Source: a bacterium | GTDB lineage: Bacteria; J088; JAWLBW01 | Direction of reading: 5' to 3' | Length of the DNA stretch: 64,000 nucleotides | Assembly (NCBI GenBank): GCA_041690355.1 | Contig: JAWLHK010000019.1 | Location: 1 to 64,000, forward strand | In this document: piece by piece, positions 1 through 9,520 of the stretch | How positions within the stretch are numbered: position 1 is the stretch's first letter | How the letters are laid out: every line of letters begins with the position of its first letter | Position numbers and translations under genes: made by a program | The notes under the pieces: generated by a model | Told to the model about the DNA's origin: nothing | Databases searched by the model: none | The model's input: the letters and a program-made list of their open reading frames with translations, nothing else

Positions 1-3000
1 CTTCGCGTACAGCCGCTTGACGCCGTCGGCCCCCGTGAACGTCACCTGCGTCACCGGCGTGTAGGGAATCCACGCCGCGGTCGCGAGCGTCGAATCCGTA
101 GACAGCTTCATGAAGTCGGCATTCGAGGCGCCCAAGAGCACGTCGACCGTCGTCGCCGAGGTTACGCTCGCCTGAATCGTCACGAACGGCGCGCTGATGG
201 TGCGGGTGTCCACAATGATCGAATCGTTGATGATGCCGGTCGTGTTGCCCGCCGTGTCGCGAAACTGCGCATAAACGGTCTTCGTGCCGTTACCCGGCGA
301 GAGCGCAAAAACGCGTTCTACGGGAAGCGAAGAGACCGGGCCCCACGCGGCATCCGCCAGCGTGGCGGTCTCGCTGAAGCGGGCCTCATCAGCCCCGGCG
401 GCGTCAAGCACAAGCGTCACGATGGAATTCGTCGTCGAGGCCGCACCATAGTTGATCGCAATCGAAGGCGTCGTCGGCGCCTCATCATCCAGCGTGACAA
501 TCTGCGCGGGAAGGCACGCCGTGCGGTTGTTCGCCGCGTCGCGGAACCAGACGCGGATGGCATAGGGCCCGTTGACCGCCGAGGACAGCGTATACGACTT
601 GACCTGTGCGTAACTCTGCCAGTCTTCAGTACATGTCCCCCCCTCGGAGATCGAAACATCCGTCGCCCCGACGGCGTTCAGATTCAGGCTGATGATCTGC
701 GACTGCGTGTACGCGCCGCCCGCGATGCTGAAGCTCGGGTTTTCAGGCGCCGTCGTATCCAGCGTGAGGTTCGCGGAGACGATCGGGGAATAGTTCCCCA
801 GACCGTCCACGAAGCGCGCGTACAGCGTCTTCTGGCCGTCCGAGGTGTTGATGAATGTGTAGCTCGTGTCCACTCCCATGAGCGGAACCGCGCGCGCCGG
901 ACCCGCCGTTACGAAGCCCACATCCTCTGCCAGCTCGACCGCGGCGGCGTTATTCGCCGAGGCCGCGATGGTTACTGTCGTCTGGTTCGTGAGCGCTGCG
1001 GCAAAGGACAGCGAAGGGTTCGAGGGGGCTATCGTGTCTACCAGAACCGTAACCGGGGTAGCGTCGATCGAGTTCCCCGCGCGGTCAGTAATGCGGGCGT
1101 ATACGGTCCGGTCGTCGCCGGCCGGATTCGTCGGCGGCGTGACATCCCATGCCTTCGGATTCTGAATGGATTCAGCCGGCGAGGAGGAAAAGACCCCGTC
1201 GCGGCTGAACTGCACGGTGACCGGGCTGTCGTCAGTCACGCCGAGATTCAGGTAAAAGCGGGTTTCGTTCGTCTGGGTGAGCACCGTCCCTTCGGCATCT
1301 TCGGCCCGGAAGAGCGTGACCACCGGCTTCGCCGTATCAAGTGTCACCGCAAGGGCCGCCGGATCGCTGGCATTGCCCGCGCCGTCGCGTACCCGCGCAT
1401 AGACTGCCTTTGCGCCGTCGCCGCCGGCGAGAACAAAGGACTTCTGAAACGCGAAAGGAGTCCAGGTCGCATCGGAAAAATCGGCCTGCTGCGAAACCTG
1501 TAGCTCCTCAGCATCCTGTGCAGCAATCTGAAGGGTGATCGTTGCGGTGCGCACCCAGACATTCGCAGTGCTGAGCGAAGGGGTAGCGGGAGCGGCCGTA
1601 TCGAGCACGGTGCTCACCGAGCGCACGATGGAAAGGTTGCCCGCGGTGTCGCGCAGTTGGATGTAGAGGGACTTGCTGCCGTCGGGTCCGCTCAGACCGA
1701 CCGTCGGCGAGGCGTCGAAGGGGATCCACGTGCCCGTAAGGCTCGGGCTGGCCGAGACGAGCATCTGATCGGCGCCGGTCGCCGTGAGATCCAGCGTGAC
1801 TGAAGTCGTGTTGGTGACCGCAGGCGCCGAAGCCGCGTTGAAGACCGGCCCAATCGTATCGACGTGGACGGTTTCCAAACGTTCGACCGACGGCTGCCCG
1901 GCCGCGTCCCGTACCTGCGCGTAGATAGTGTACGTCTGTCCGAGGGCGCTCGTGGGGGTCGACAGATTGAAGAGAACCTGCGACTGCCAGGGCTGCCAGG
2001 ATGCGCCCGTGAAATCCGCCCGCGTCGACAGGCGCATTTCCATCGGTGACGTGTCGGTTGCGGGAACATCCACGAGCACGACGGTCGAGGTGGTGGCGGC
2101 AATCGGCGTCCCGCTCGAGGGGTCGCGAATCACGATGGGCGCCAGTACCGGATTGTTTCTGTCGAGCAGAATCGTATCGGACACCGGGCTCGAAAAGTTG
2201 CCCGCCCTGTCGTAAAAAATCGCATTAAAACCGTGCACCCCATCGGGAGGGTTGCTGCCGAGCGACTCGACACTGCTCAGGTTGAAGGGGACTGCGTTGT
2301 CGGCGGCTCCCGTCAGTACGTACAGGTTCATCATCTCGACGCCGGAGCCGCCGTCGACCGCGTTCAATTCGACGGTGACCTGTTCAGACGTGGTATAGAC
2401 CGCACCGCCGTTGATGCGCACCGAGGCGCCCGACGGAGGGGTCGTATCCAGAACGATGCTCCCCACATACGGCGGCGTTGAGCGGCCGCTTGCGTCGTAA
2501 TACTGGACGCAGAGAACGTTGTCTCCCTCGACCAGGGCACCGCCGGCCGGGGCGTGATCGTTGTAGACGACGGTACCGCTGAGCGCAAAGCGGTCGCCAA
2601 AGATACAGTCGGCTGCGCGGCCGGACGGGCTGTGGCCGATGGCGGCTTCATCCGCGTTGCTTTCGGTCAGCTCCAGGCGCACATCTGCCGCCGAGCGGGT
2701 ATAAAGATTGCTGTCGAGTACCGCTCCGTCCGAAGCACGGCGCACTTTGCCGATTACCTTGAAGAACCCGGTCAGGGGACGCAGAACGACGTCGTCGACT
2801 TCGGTGGCGCCGTCTTCGCCGGTGACCAGAATGGTACCCACCGTCTGGCCGGGCACGCCGGGCTTCGACGCCTCGACTTCGTAGAGACCGGCGGCGACGC
2901 CGTTCACGGTATAGGACCCGTCATTGGCCGAGACCGTATTGTAGGTGCGCGTGGCGCCCGTCGTCTCTGTCGCGGCCGTACGATACGCGAGCGGCGCGAA

Positions 3001-3492
3001 GGGGGCCTGCTGCGCGGCCGTGCGAACCGAACCGACCTTGGTCAGCGTGATGAAGACGCCGCCTTCGCGTACCGGCACTTCATTCTGCAGCGTTTCGCTC
3101 AGCGCCGTGCCCACTACAGGCGCCGTCTTCAGGGGCAGTTGTTGTTCGCCAAGGTCGACCTCACCGGCGATGGGGAGCGAAACGGTATCGTCGACCTCCT
3201 GGTAGTGGCGGGTGCTGACCCGCAGCGAATAGTCACCAGGGACGATGCCGGTCAGCGTGAAAGACCCGTCCGAAGCGGTCGCTACCGTGTAGGTACGGTC
3301 GTCGTTCAGCAGCACGACGTCGACGCCCGCGTGATCCGACTCGTCTTCGAGCAGAATCTGCCCGGTCAGCCGCCCCTTCTTCTGCAGTTCGGCAGGCGAG
3401 TCGGGATCGTAAGGTCCCTCGTGGGGAAGTTCGGCAGAGCAGGCTCCGGCGAAGAGCAGAATCACAGCGGTAATCAGGCGCAGGCGTAGCAT
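1..3492 (-). CDS. Large surface lipoprotein: two carboxypeptidase-regulatory-like beta-sandwich domains followed by >=9 tandem Ig-like repeats (3' end runs off the window)
   Basis: Hand translation from ATG at 3492 (GGAGG RBS upstream) reads MLRLRLITAVILLFAGAC (lipobox), then DGSFTLTGIVPGDYSL and DGSYTVNGVAAGLYEV, then ~95-aa repeats ending in D-x-x-G-N...(L/V)-D-T-x-x-P. The frame is open to position 1 (..DGVKRLYAK). It is absent from the ORF track because it has no stop in the window. Confidence 0.9.
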   Translation of the reverse strand, partial: MLRLRLITAVILLFAGACSAELPHEGPYDPDSPAELQKKGRLTGQILLEDESDHAGVDVVLLNDDRTYTVATASDGSFTLTGIVPGDYSLRVSTRHYQEVDDTVSLPIAGEVDLGEQQLPLKTAPVVGTALSETLQNEVPVREGGVFITLTKVGSVRTAAQQAPFAPLAYRTAATETTGATRTYNTVSANDGSYTVNGVAAGLYEVEASKPGVPGQTVGTILVTGEDGATEVDDVVLRPLTGFFKVIGKVRRASDGAVLDSNLYTRSAADVRLELTESNADEAAIGHSPSGRAADCIFGDRFALSGTVVYNDHAPAGGALVEGDNVLCVQYYDASGRSTPPYVGSIVLDTTPPSGASVRINGGAVYTTSEQVTVELNAVDGGSGVEMMNLYVLTGAADNAVPFNLSSVESLGSNPPDGVHGFNAIFYDRAGNFSSPVSDTILLDRNNPVLAPIVIRDPSSGTPIAATTSTVVLVDVPATDTSPMEMRLSTRADFTGASWQPWQSQVLFNLSTPTSALGQTYTIYAQVRDAAGQPSVERLETVHVDTIGPVFNAASAPAVTNTTSVTLDLTATGADQMLVSASPSLTGTWIPFDASPTVGLSGPDGSKSLYIQLRDTAGNLSIVRSVSTVLDTAAPATPSLSTANVWVRTATITLQIAAQDAEELQVSQQADFSDATWTPFAFQKSFVLAGGDGAKAVYARVRDGAGNASDPAALAVTLDTAKPVVTLFRAEDAEGTVLTQTNETRFYLNLGVTDDSPVTVQFSRDGVFSSSPAESIQNPKAWDVTPPTNPAGDDRTVYARITDRAGNSIDATPVTVLVDTIAPSNPSLSFAAALTNQTTVTIAASANNAAAVELAEDVGFVTAGPARAVPLMGVDTSYTFINTSDGQKTLYARFVDGLGNYSPIVSANLTLDTTAPENPSFSIAGGAYTQSQIISLNLNAVGATDVSISEGGTCTEDWQSYAQVKSYTLSSAVNGPYAIRVWFRDAANNRTACLPAQIVTLDDEAPTTPSIAINYGAASTTNSIVTLVLDAAGADEARFSETATLADAAWGPVSSLPVERVFALSPGNGTKTVYAQFRDTAGNTTGIINDSIIVDTRTISAPFVTIQASVTSATTVDVLLGASNADFMKLSTDSTLATAAWIPYTPVTQVTFTGADGVKRLYAK

Positions 3493-3542
3493 GCCGTTTC
3501 CTCCCAGACAGGCGTTCGAGCGGTCGCTTGGACAGCCCTAAT

Positions 3543-3571
3543 ACTTTAGTCGACCCGTATGGTTGTAGCAA
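3543..3571 (-). promoter_or_regulatory. Putative sigma70 promoter of the Ig-repeat lipoprotein
   Basis: TTGCTA-17 nt-TAAAGT on the minus strand, about 50 nt upstream of the ATG. Confidence 0.4.
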
Positions 3572-3677
3572 ACGCCGGGGCGCCCTGCCGTGAGGCAAGT
3601 CACAGAATGGGGGAACTCCAAAAAACTGGAGCGTGGACGTACGGCTGCAAAGACGGCGCGCCGCGTCATTCAAACGC

Positions 3678-3703
3678 ACCGAAAACTGAAACCCGAAACT
3701 GAA
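3678..3703. repeat. Degenerate 7-bp tandem repeat
   Basis: ACCGAAA ACTGAAA CCCGAAA CTGAA, just downstream of the dehydratase stop codon. Confidence 0.5.
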
Positions 3704-3715
3704 CGCAGTCCCGAG

Positions 3716-5566
3716 TCAGGCCTTGACGACTGTGCCGGCCGGAGGCTGGTAGGAGGGAATCAGGTCTTTGATGACAGCGCGAATCCGGTCGCCGTCACGG
3801 CTTTCAGCAGCCGAGAACAGGGTCTCGAGCATGGCGGGGAGCGAGCTAAAGCCGGGATCGGTTTTCCGGGCCACGAAGATCTTCTGGTGGCGGGAAGCGA
3901 CCGTGCCCTCTTCGGACGTGAGCAGCTCTTCGTAGAGCTTTTCGCCGGGCCGCACGCCGCTGAAGGCGATTTCGATGTCCTGCTCCGGCCGCAGCCCCGA
4001 GAGGCGGATGAGATCCCGGGCAAGGTCGACGATGCGCACGGGATCGCCCATGTCGAGCACGTAGACCGACCCGTTCTCGGCGAGCCCCCCGGCCTGCAGC
4101 ACGAGCTCCGAGGCCTCGGGGATGGTCATGAAATACCGCGTCATGTCGGGGTGCGTGACCGTGACCGGCCCTCCGCGCCGGATCTGTTCCTTGAACAGCG
4201 GGATGACGCTCCCCCGGCTGCCCAGGACGTTGCCGAACCGGACGCTGACGAACACCTGTTCCGGCGCGGCGTTGCGGGCGCCCCAGCTGACCACGTATTC
4301 CGCGATCCGCTTGGTGGCCCCCATGACCGAGGTCGGATTGACCGCCTTGTCGGTCGATATGTTGACGAATCGCTCTACGCCGGCTTCCAGCGCAAGTTCC
4401 ACCAGATTACGCGTGCCGCCGACGTTGTTGAAAATCGCCTGATCGGGATTCCCCTCCATGAGGGGCACGTGCTTGTGCGCCGCGGCGTGAAAGACGACCT
4501 GCGGCCGGTGCTTGGCGAAGACGTGGGCCAGGCGGTCGCGGTCGCGCACGTCGGTCACCTCGACATGGGCGCGAAGATCGGGGTGGTCGCGGCGCATCTC
4601 CTGGTCGATATGGTAGAGGCTGTTCTCGCCCCGCCCGAGCAGGACGATGCACTCCGGATCGAACCGGCTCACCTGGCGCACGATTTCGGACCCGATCGAA
4701 CCGCCGGCGCCCGTCACGAGAATCCGCTTACCCTCCAGGTAGCCGGCGATCTGATCGAGGTTCAGGCGCACGGGCTCACGGCGCAGAAGGTCCTCGACAT
4801 CCACCTCGCGGATGGCCGAAATGGAAATCTTTCCGCTCAGCAGGTCGTAGATACCGGGCAGAATGCGCCCCTTGACCCCCGCCTCGCGGGCCAGCTCGAG
4901 CACCCGCCGCACGACAGAACCCGACGCCGAGGGGATGGCGATGAGCACCTCGTCGACATCGTGGTCGCTGCTCACCGCGACCAGATCGTTGACCCGGCCG
5001 AGCACCTTGAGCCCCAGATAGGTCTGACGCTGCTTGGTCGGGTCGTCGTCGAGAAAACCGATGGGCAGGAGGCCGGCCTCGGGATGGCGAATCAGCTCGC
5101 GGGCCATGATGGTGCCCGCTTCTCCGGCCCCGACGATCACGACCCGCTTCGCGTCGCCGCTGACCGAACGGGTTCCCCGATACTCATGCCGCACCCGGGC
5201 GAGCAGGCGCATGCCGCTGAGCAGCATCAGCGCGATGAGTGCTTCGATGAGGGGCACGCTGCGGGGCATCCAGACGTTCGCCTTCTGCAGGATGACCGCC
5301 CCGATGACCATGAGCAGCGAAACGATCACGATTCCCTGAATCAGGGTGACGAGATCGCGGATGCCGATCTTGCGCCAGCTCTGACGGTGCAGGCCGAGCC
5401 GGTAGATGACCAGCATCTTGATTGGCAGCGCGAGCAGCGCCAGCCAGATCATCTCGCGCCGGTAGAGGGGGAACAGCGAATCCAGGCGCAGCCAGAACGC
5501 GATCGGGGTCGCGAGGGCCCAGGCGGTAAAATCGGCGACGAATTTCAGGCGAGGTGATGTGCGCAA
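3716..5566 (-). CDS. Membrane-anchored nucleoside-diphosphate-sugar 4,6-dehydratase (CapD/PglF/WbpM family)
   Basis: N-terminal TM helices, IVGAGEAG, LVTGAGGSIGSE, HAAAHKHVPLME, ISTDKAVNPTSVMGATKR, VRFGNVLGSRGSV, RPGEKLYEEL. Confidence 0.95.
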   Translation of the reverse strand: MRTSPRLKFVADFTAWALATPIAFWLRLDSLFPLYRREMIWLALLALPIKMLVIYRLGLHRQSWRKIGIRDLVTLIQGIVIVSLLMVIGAVILQKANVWMPRSVPLIEALIALMLLSGMRLLARVRHEYRGTRSVSGDAKRVVIVGAGEAGTIMARELIRHPEAGLLPIGFLDDDPTKQRQTYLGLKVLGRVNDLVAVSSDHDVDEVLIAIPSASGSVVRRVLELAREAGVKGRILPGIYDLLSGKISISAIREVDVEDLLRREPVRLNLDQIAGYLEGKRILVTGAGGSIGSEIVRQVSRFDPECIVLLGRGENSLYHIDQEMRRDHPDLRAHVEVTDVRDRDRLAHVFAKHRPQVVFHAAAHKHVPLMEGNPDQAIFNNVGGTRNLVELALEAGVERFVNISTDKAVNPTSVMGATKRIAEYVVSWGARNAAPEQVFVSVRFGNVLGSRGSVIPLFKEQIRRGGPVTVTHPDMTRYFMTIPEASELVLQAGGLAENGSVYVLDMGDPVRIVDLARDLIRLSGLRPEQDIEIAFSGVRPGEKLYEELLTSEEGTVASRHQKIFVARKTDPGFSSLPAMLETLFSAAESRDGDRIRAVIKDLIPSYQPPAGTVVKA

Positions 5567-5637
5567 GGAAAATGCCTGGAACCGGCCGCAGCGACAGCGT
5601 GCCTACACTGTGCGCGCGCCCGTGGGATTTCTGAAAC

Positions 5638-5667
5638 ATTATACACACTTATCCCGGCCCCCTCCAA
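5638..5667 (-). promoter_or_regulatory. Putative sigma70 promoter of the dehydratase
   Basis: TTGGAG-18 nt-TATAAT (perfect -10 box in GC-rich DNA) in the divergent intergenic region. Confidence 0.5.
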
Positions 5668-5772
5668 TCGCCGCCCTCCCCCGCCATTCGCCGGGGCGCC
5701 CCTGAGGGTTTTGGCGGAAACGGCCGGGCGGCGCGTATACTGTACTGTTCAGCCACTGTCAGGAGGACCGCT

Positions 5773-6921
5773 TTGTACCGCGTCGATCTCATCGTGGGCG
5801 CCCGCCCGAACTTCATGAAAGCCGCCCCCATCCTGCGCGCCGCCCAGGCCGACGGCCGGATTCGCATTCGCCTCGTGCATACGGGCCAGCACTACGACGA
5901 GCAGATGAACGACGCCTTCTTCCGCGACCTGGGGATGCCCCGGCCCGACATCGCCCTCGGCATCGGCGGCGGCACCCACGGCGAGCAGGTCGGCAAGGTG
6001 CTCATCGCCTACGAAAAGATCCTCATGGAAGAGCCGGTGGATGCCGTGATGGTCGTGGGCGACGTGAATTCCACGATCGCGACCGCCATGGCCGCCGTGA
6101 AGCTGCAGATTCCCGTCATTCATGTCGAAGCGGGCTTGCGCAGCCGCGACTGGGACATGCCCGAAGAGATCAACCGCCTGCTCACCGACTCCATCTCGCG
6201 CCTCATGCTGACGCCGAGCCGCGACGCCGACGAGAACCTGCGCAACGAGGGGGTCGCCCCCGAGCGCATCCGCTTCGTCGGCAATGTCATGATCGACACC
6301 CTCTTCTACCAGGTCGAGCGGATCGGCAAGGACGACGCGGTGCTTCGGGAACTCGGCCTGGCCGACGGCAAGCCGTTCGTGCTGGCGACCCTGCACCGCC
6401 CGTCCAATGTGGATGAGCCCGCGCGCCTGGCCGCACTCGTCGATCTGCTGGGGACGCTTGCCGCACGGGTTCCCGTCCTGTTCCCGATCCATCCGCGCAC
6501 GCGGCAGCGGCTCGAAACGGCCGGCATGCTACCCCGCCTGAAGGAGCCCGACGGTTCGGGCGCGCCGGCCATCTACGCCCTTCCCCCCCTCGGATACAAC
6601 CGGTTCCTGCCCCTCATGCGCGCCGCGGCCGTGGTCATGACCGACAGCGGCGGCGTGCAGGAAGAGACGACGGCGCTCGGCGTCCCGTGCCTCACGCTGC
6701 GCGAGAACACCGAGCGCCCCATCACGGTCGCCGAGGGGACGAACACGGTGGTCGGCAGCGACGACGCCCTGGCCCTCAAGCTCGCAGAAGAAGCCCTGGC
6801 CGGCAGGGGCAAGCGCGGGCGGGCCCCCGAAGGGTGGGACGGGCATGCGGCCGAGCGGATGATCGACGCGGTCGCGGAGTTTCTTGGCCGCCTGGCGGCG
6901 GACAAGAAACCCCGCGGATGA
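5773..6921 (+). CDS. wecB: UDP-N-acetylglucosamine 2-epimerase (non-hydrolysing)
   Basis: GARPNFMK, HTGQHYD, VVGDVNST, HVEAGLRS, MPEEINR, TDSGGVQEE, RENTERP; AGGAGG RBS before a TTG start. Confidence 0.95.
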   Translation: MYRVDLIVGARPNFMKAAPILRAAQADGRIRIRLVHTGQHYDEQMNDAFFRDLGMPRPDIALGIGGGTHGEQVGKVLIAYEKILMEEPVDAVMVVGDVNSTIATAMAAVKLQIPVIHVEAGLRSRDWDMPEEINRLLTDSISRLMLTPSRDADENLRNEGVAPERIRFVGNVMIDTLFYQVERIGKDDAVLRELGLADGKPFVLATLHRPSNVDEPARLAALVDLLGTLAARVPVLFPIHPRTRQRLETAGMLPRLKEPDGSGAPAIYALPPLGYNRFLPLMRAAAVVMTDSGGVQEETTALGVPCLTLRENTERPITVAEGTNTVVGSDDALALKLAEEALAGRGKRGRAPEGWDGHAAERMIDAVAEFLGRLAADKKPRG

Positions 6922-6949
6922 TCAATGGTCGATGATCAATGATCAATGA
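6918..6949. repeat. 7-bp tandem repeat (ATGATCA)x4.5
   Basis: ATGATCA ATGGTCG ATGATCA ATGATCA ATGA; the first unit contains the wecB stop codon. Confidence 0.85.
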
Positions 6950-7046
6950 GGGGCGACCGGATGGACCCGCGGGGTTCCGTCGCGCGCCCTCCCTTGGAAG
7001 CGCCGCACCGGCCGTCACTACGTTGCGCGCCGGTTCTCTCGCGCCC

Positions 7047-7067
7047 CGCCCCGGAGGGGCGTCCTAC
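7047..7067 (-). repeat. Possible GTAG-type REP-like hairpin
   Basis: GTAGGA-CGCCCC-TCC-GGGGCG overlapping the aminotransferase stop codon; only one copy seen. Confidence 0.3.
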
Positions 7068-8248
7068 GCGGTCGCCTCGCGCAGCACGTCCCGCACGACC
7101 TCGACAGTGTCGTGCAGCGACTGCTCGGCCAGCGTCGGGTGCACGAGAAACATGAGGCTCGTCTCTCCCAGCTCCCGCGCGACCGGCAGCCGTTCCGCAG
7201 GCCCGAAACCCGCGTTCACGAACGCCTTTTCCAGATAGATCTCGCTGCAGCTCCCCGTGAAGCACGGGATGCCCCGCGCGGCGACCGCCTGCTGAATCCG
7301 GTCGCGGGTCCACCCTTCGCGCAGGCGCTCGGGTCGCACGTAGGCATAGAACTTATAGTACGCGTGCCGCATGTGCGCGGGCGCTTGGGGAATCCGCAGG
7401 GCCGCTTCCTGCGCGAGGCCATCGCGCAGAATCGCCGCATTCCGGTTCCGCTTCTCGGTCCAGGACGGAAGCTTGCGCAGGGCGATGCGCCCGATGGCCG
7501 CCTGCATCTCGGTCAGGCGCTGGTTCGTGCCGAAGCTTTCGTGCAGCCAGCGGAACCCCGGCGGATGCTCGCGGTTGTACACGGCGGCCCAGCTCTTGCC
7601 GTGATCCTTGTATTCCCAGACCTTGCGCCAGAGTGACTCGTCGTCGGTCGAGATCAGGCCCCCTTCGCCGCCGGTCGTGATGATCTTGTCCTGGCAGAAG
7701 GAGAACGCGTTGATGGTTCCGAGCGAGCCGACGGCGCGGCCCCGGTAGAGCGCGCCGTGGGCCTGGGCGCAGTCTTCGATCACGGCCAGCCCGTGCCGTG
7801 CCGCGAGCGCGCGGATCGGATCCATCTCGCATGGCCAGCCGGCCAGGTGCACCAGAATGATCGCCTTCGTGCGCGGCGTGATGGCGGGCGCAATCGTCTC
7901 GGCCGTAATGTTTCCGCTGTCGCGATCGACGTCGACCAGCACGGGGCGCGCGCCGCGGAAGACGACGGATGACGACGTGGCGATGAACGTGCGCGGCGTG
8001 GTGATGACTTCGTCTCCTGGTCCGACCCCGAGCGCGTACAGCGCAAGCTCCAGCGCGACCGTTCCGTTGGCCACGGCAATGGTCTTCTGCACGCCGAGCG
8101 CCGTCGCATATTCCTCTTCGAAGCGCCGGCCTTCGGTGCCGGTCCAGTAGTTGACCTTGCCCGAGCGAAGCACCTCGGCGACGGCCTGCACTTCATCCTC
8201 TTCGAAGTGGGGCCAGGGGGCGAACTGTACAACGGTTTGCGTCGACAT
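7064..8248 (-). CDS. DegT/DnrJ/EryC1/StrS PLP-dependent sugar aminotransferase (PglE-like role)
   Basis: NGTVALELAL, GDEVITTPRTFIAT, IEDCAQAHGA, FSFCQDKIITTGGEGG (PLP lysine). Confidence 0.95.
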   Translation of the reverse strand: MSTQTVVQFAPWPHFEEDEVQAVAEVLRSGKVNYWTGTEGRRFEEEYATALGVQKTIAVANGTVALELALYALGVGPGDEVITTPRTFIATSSSVVFRGARPVLVDVDRDSGNITAETIAPAITPRTKAIILVHLAGWPCEMDPIRALAARHGLAVIEDCAQAHGALYRGRAVGSLGTINAFSFCQDKIITTGGEGGLISTDDESLWRKVWEYKDHGKSWAAVYNREHPPGFRWLHESFGTNQRLTEMQAAIGRIALRKLPSWTEKRNRNAAILRDGLAQEAALRIPQAPAHMRHAYYKFYAYVRPERLREGWTRDRIQQAVAARGIPCFTGSCSEIYLEKAFVNAGFGPAERLPVARELGETSLMFLVHPTLAEQSLHDTVEVVRDVLREATA

Positions 8249-8250
8249 CG

Positions 8251-8907
8251 CTATCGGTACCAGCCTTCTTCCCGGGTTTTAATCACCTTGGCCGGAACCC
8301 CGACGGCGGTGACGTTGGCGGCGAGATCCTGGACGACGACCGCGCCCGCGCCGACGACCGACCAGGGGCCGATCGTCTTGCCTTGTATGACGGCGCCCCC
8401 GGTGCCGAGATCGCATCCCTCGCCCACCGTTACATTGCCCGAAATGTTCACACCAGGCGCGACGGTCACGAAGTCACCGAGAACCGCATCATGCCCCACG
8501 GTAACGTTCAGGTTGAGGATCACGTGAGCCCCGATGACGATATCGGTCGTCACGCTGACATGGGCACAGACCACGCTTCCTTTTCCGAGTGTCACCCGCT
8601 GACCGATCCAGGCATCGGGGTGGACCAAGGTCGCCACCGGTACTTCAAGCGCATCGAGTTTTGCCGCGAGCCTGCGTTTCACCGCAGGATTCCCGATCCC
8701 CAGCACGACCCCGACCCCGCGATTCTCCCGCATCCACTCTTCCCCACCGAGGATGGGGAGGCCTCCGCAGGTCTGGCCATGTTTGTCCGGGTTGTCGTCG
8801 AGAAAACCGAGAAGGCGATAGGTCGCTTTGCGCTCGTTCACCGCCATGGCGATCTCGGCAACCTCGCGTGCGAGGCCTCCGGTTCCGTAAATGACGAGAT
8901 CAGTCAT
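8251..8907 (-). CDS. Hexapeptide-repeat sugar acetyltransferase (PglD/NeuD family)
   Basis: Start reassigned to MTDLVIYGTGGLAREV (ATG 8907, overlapping the upstream stop); GFLDD, GIGNP, TLVHP, VGHD and left-handed beta-helix repeats. Confidence 0.9.
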   Translation of the reverse strand: MTDLVIYGTGGLAREVAEIAMAVNERKATYRLLGFLDDNPDKHGQTCGGLPILGGEEWMRENRGVGVVLGIGNPAVKRRLAAKLDALEVPVATLVHPDAWIGQRVTLGKGSVVCAHVSVTTDIVIGAHVILNLNVTVGHDAVLGDFVTVAPGVNISGNVTVGEGCDLGTGGAVIQGKTIGPWSVVGAGAVVVQDLAANVTAVGVPAKVIKTREEGWYR

Positions 8908-9520
8908 GCCCCGCCCCCTTGAACTCCGGCATGGTCGCGTGCCCTTCCGCCGAAATTCCTTCGCGGCGCACGACTTTCCACACGGTACGGAAAAGAATTT
9001 GCAGATCGAGCAGCACGCTCCAGTTCTCGACGTACCAGACGTCCAGGCGGAACCGATCATCCCACGAGAGGGCGTTGCGCCCGTTGATCTGGGCCCATCC
9101 GGTAATTCCCGGTTTGACTTCGTGACGGCGCGCCTGCTCCGGCGTGTACCGATCCAGATACTGCATGAGCAGCGGCCGCGGGCCGACCAGACTCATGTCG
9201 CCGCGCACCACGTTCCACAGCTCGGGAAGCTCGTCGAGGCTCGTGCCGCGCAGAAACCGCCCGAAGCGGGTCAGCCGCTGCTCGTCAGGGAGCAGGCTGC
9301 CGTCGGGGCCGCGCTCGTTCGTCATCGAGCGGAACTTGATCATGCGGAATGGGCGTCCCCCAATGCCGGGGCGCACCTGGGTGAAGAACGGCGGCCAGCC
9401 GTGAAAGACGAGCGTGAGCGCCGTCAGCACGAGCAGCACGGGCGACAGCACGAACAACCCGAAGGTCGCCGCGATCAAATCCAGGGCCCGCTTACACAGG
9501 CGCGCGATCAGGCGTGACAT
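8900..9520 (-). CDS. Initiating phosphoglycosyltransferase (PglC-like bacterial sugar transferase)
   Basis: KRALDL, FFTQVRPG, IKFRSM, SLDELPELWNVVRGDMSLVGPRP, KPGITGWAQINGRN; start MSRLIARL at 9520. Confidence 0.95.
   Translation of the reverse strand: MSRLIARLCKRALDLIAATFGLFVLSPVLLVLTALTLVFHGWPPFFTQVRPGIGGRPFRMIKFRSMTNERGPDGSLLPDEQRLTRFGRFLRGTSLDELPELWNVVRGDMSLVGPRPLLMQYLDRYTPEQARRHEVKPGITGWAQINGRNALSWDDRFRLDVWYVENWSVLLDLQILFRTVWKVVRREGISAEGHATMPEFKGAGHD

Noticed and set aside
1-2500. Abundant N-x-S/T sequons in the Ig repeats as evidence of N-glycosylation
   Set aside because: GNxS/T is part of the repeat's structural motif, and no PglB/STT3 oligosaccharyltransferase is in the window
417-3679. 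Short ORFs listed by the track in the first 3.7 kb
   Set aside because: They overlap the single long minus-strand lipoprotein frame (1-3492)
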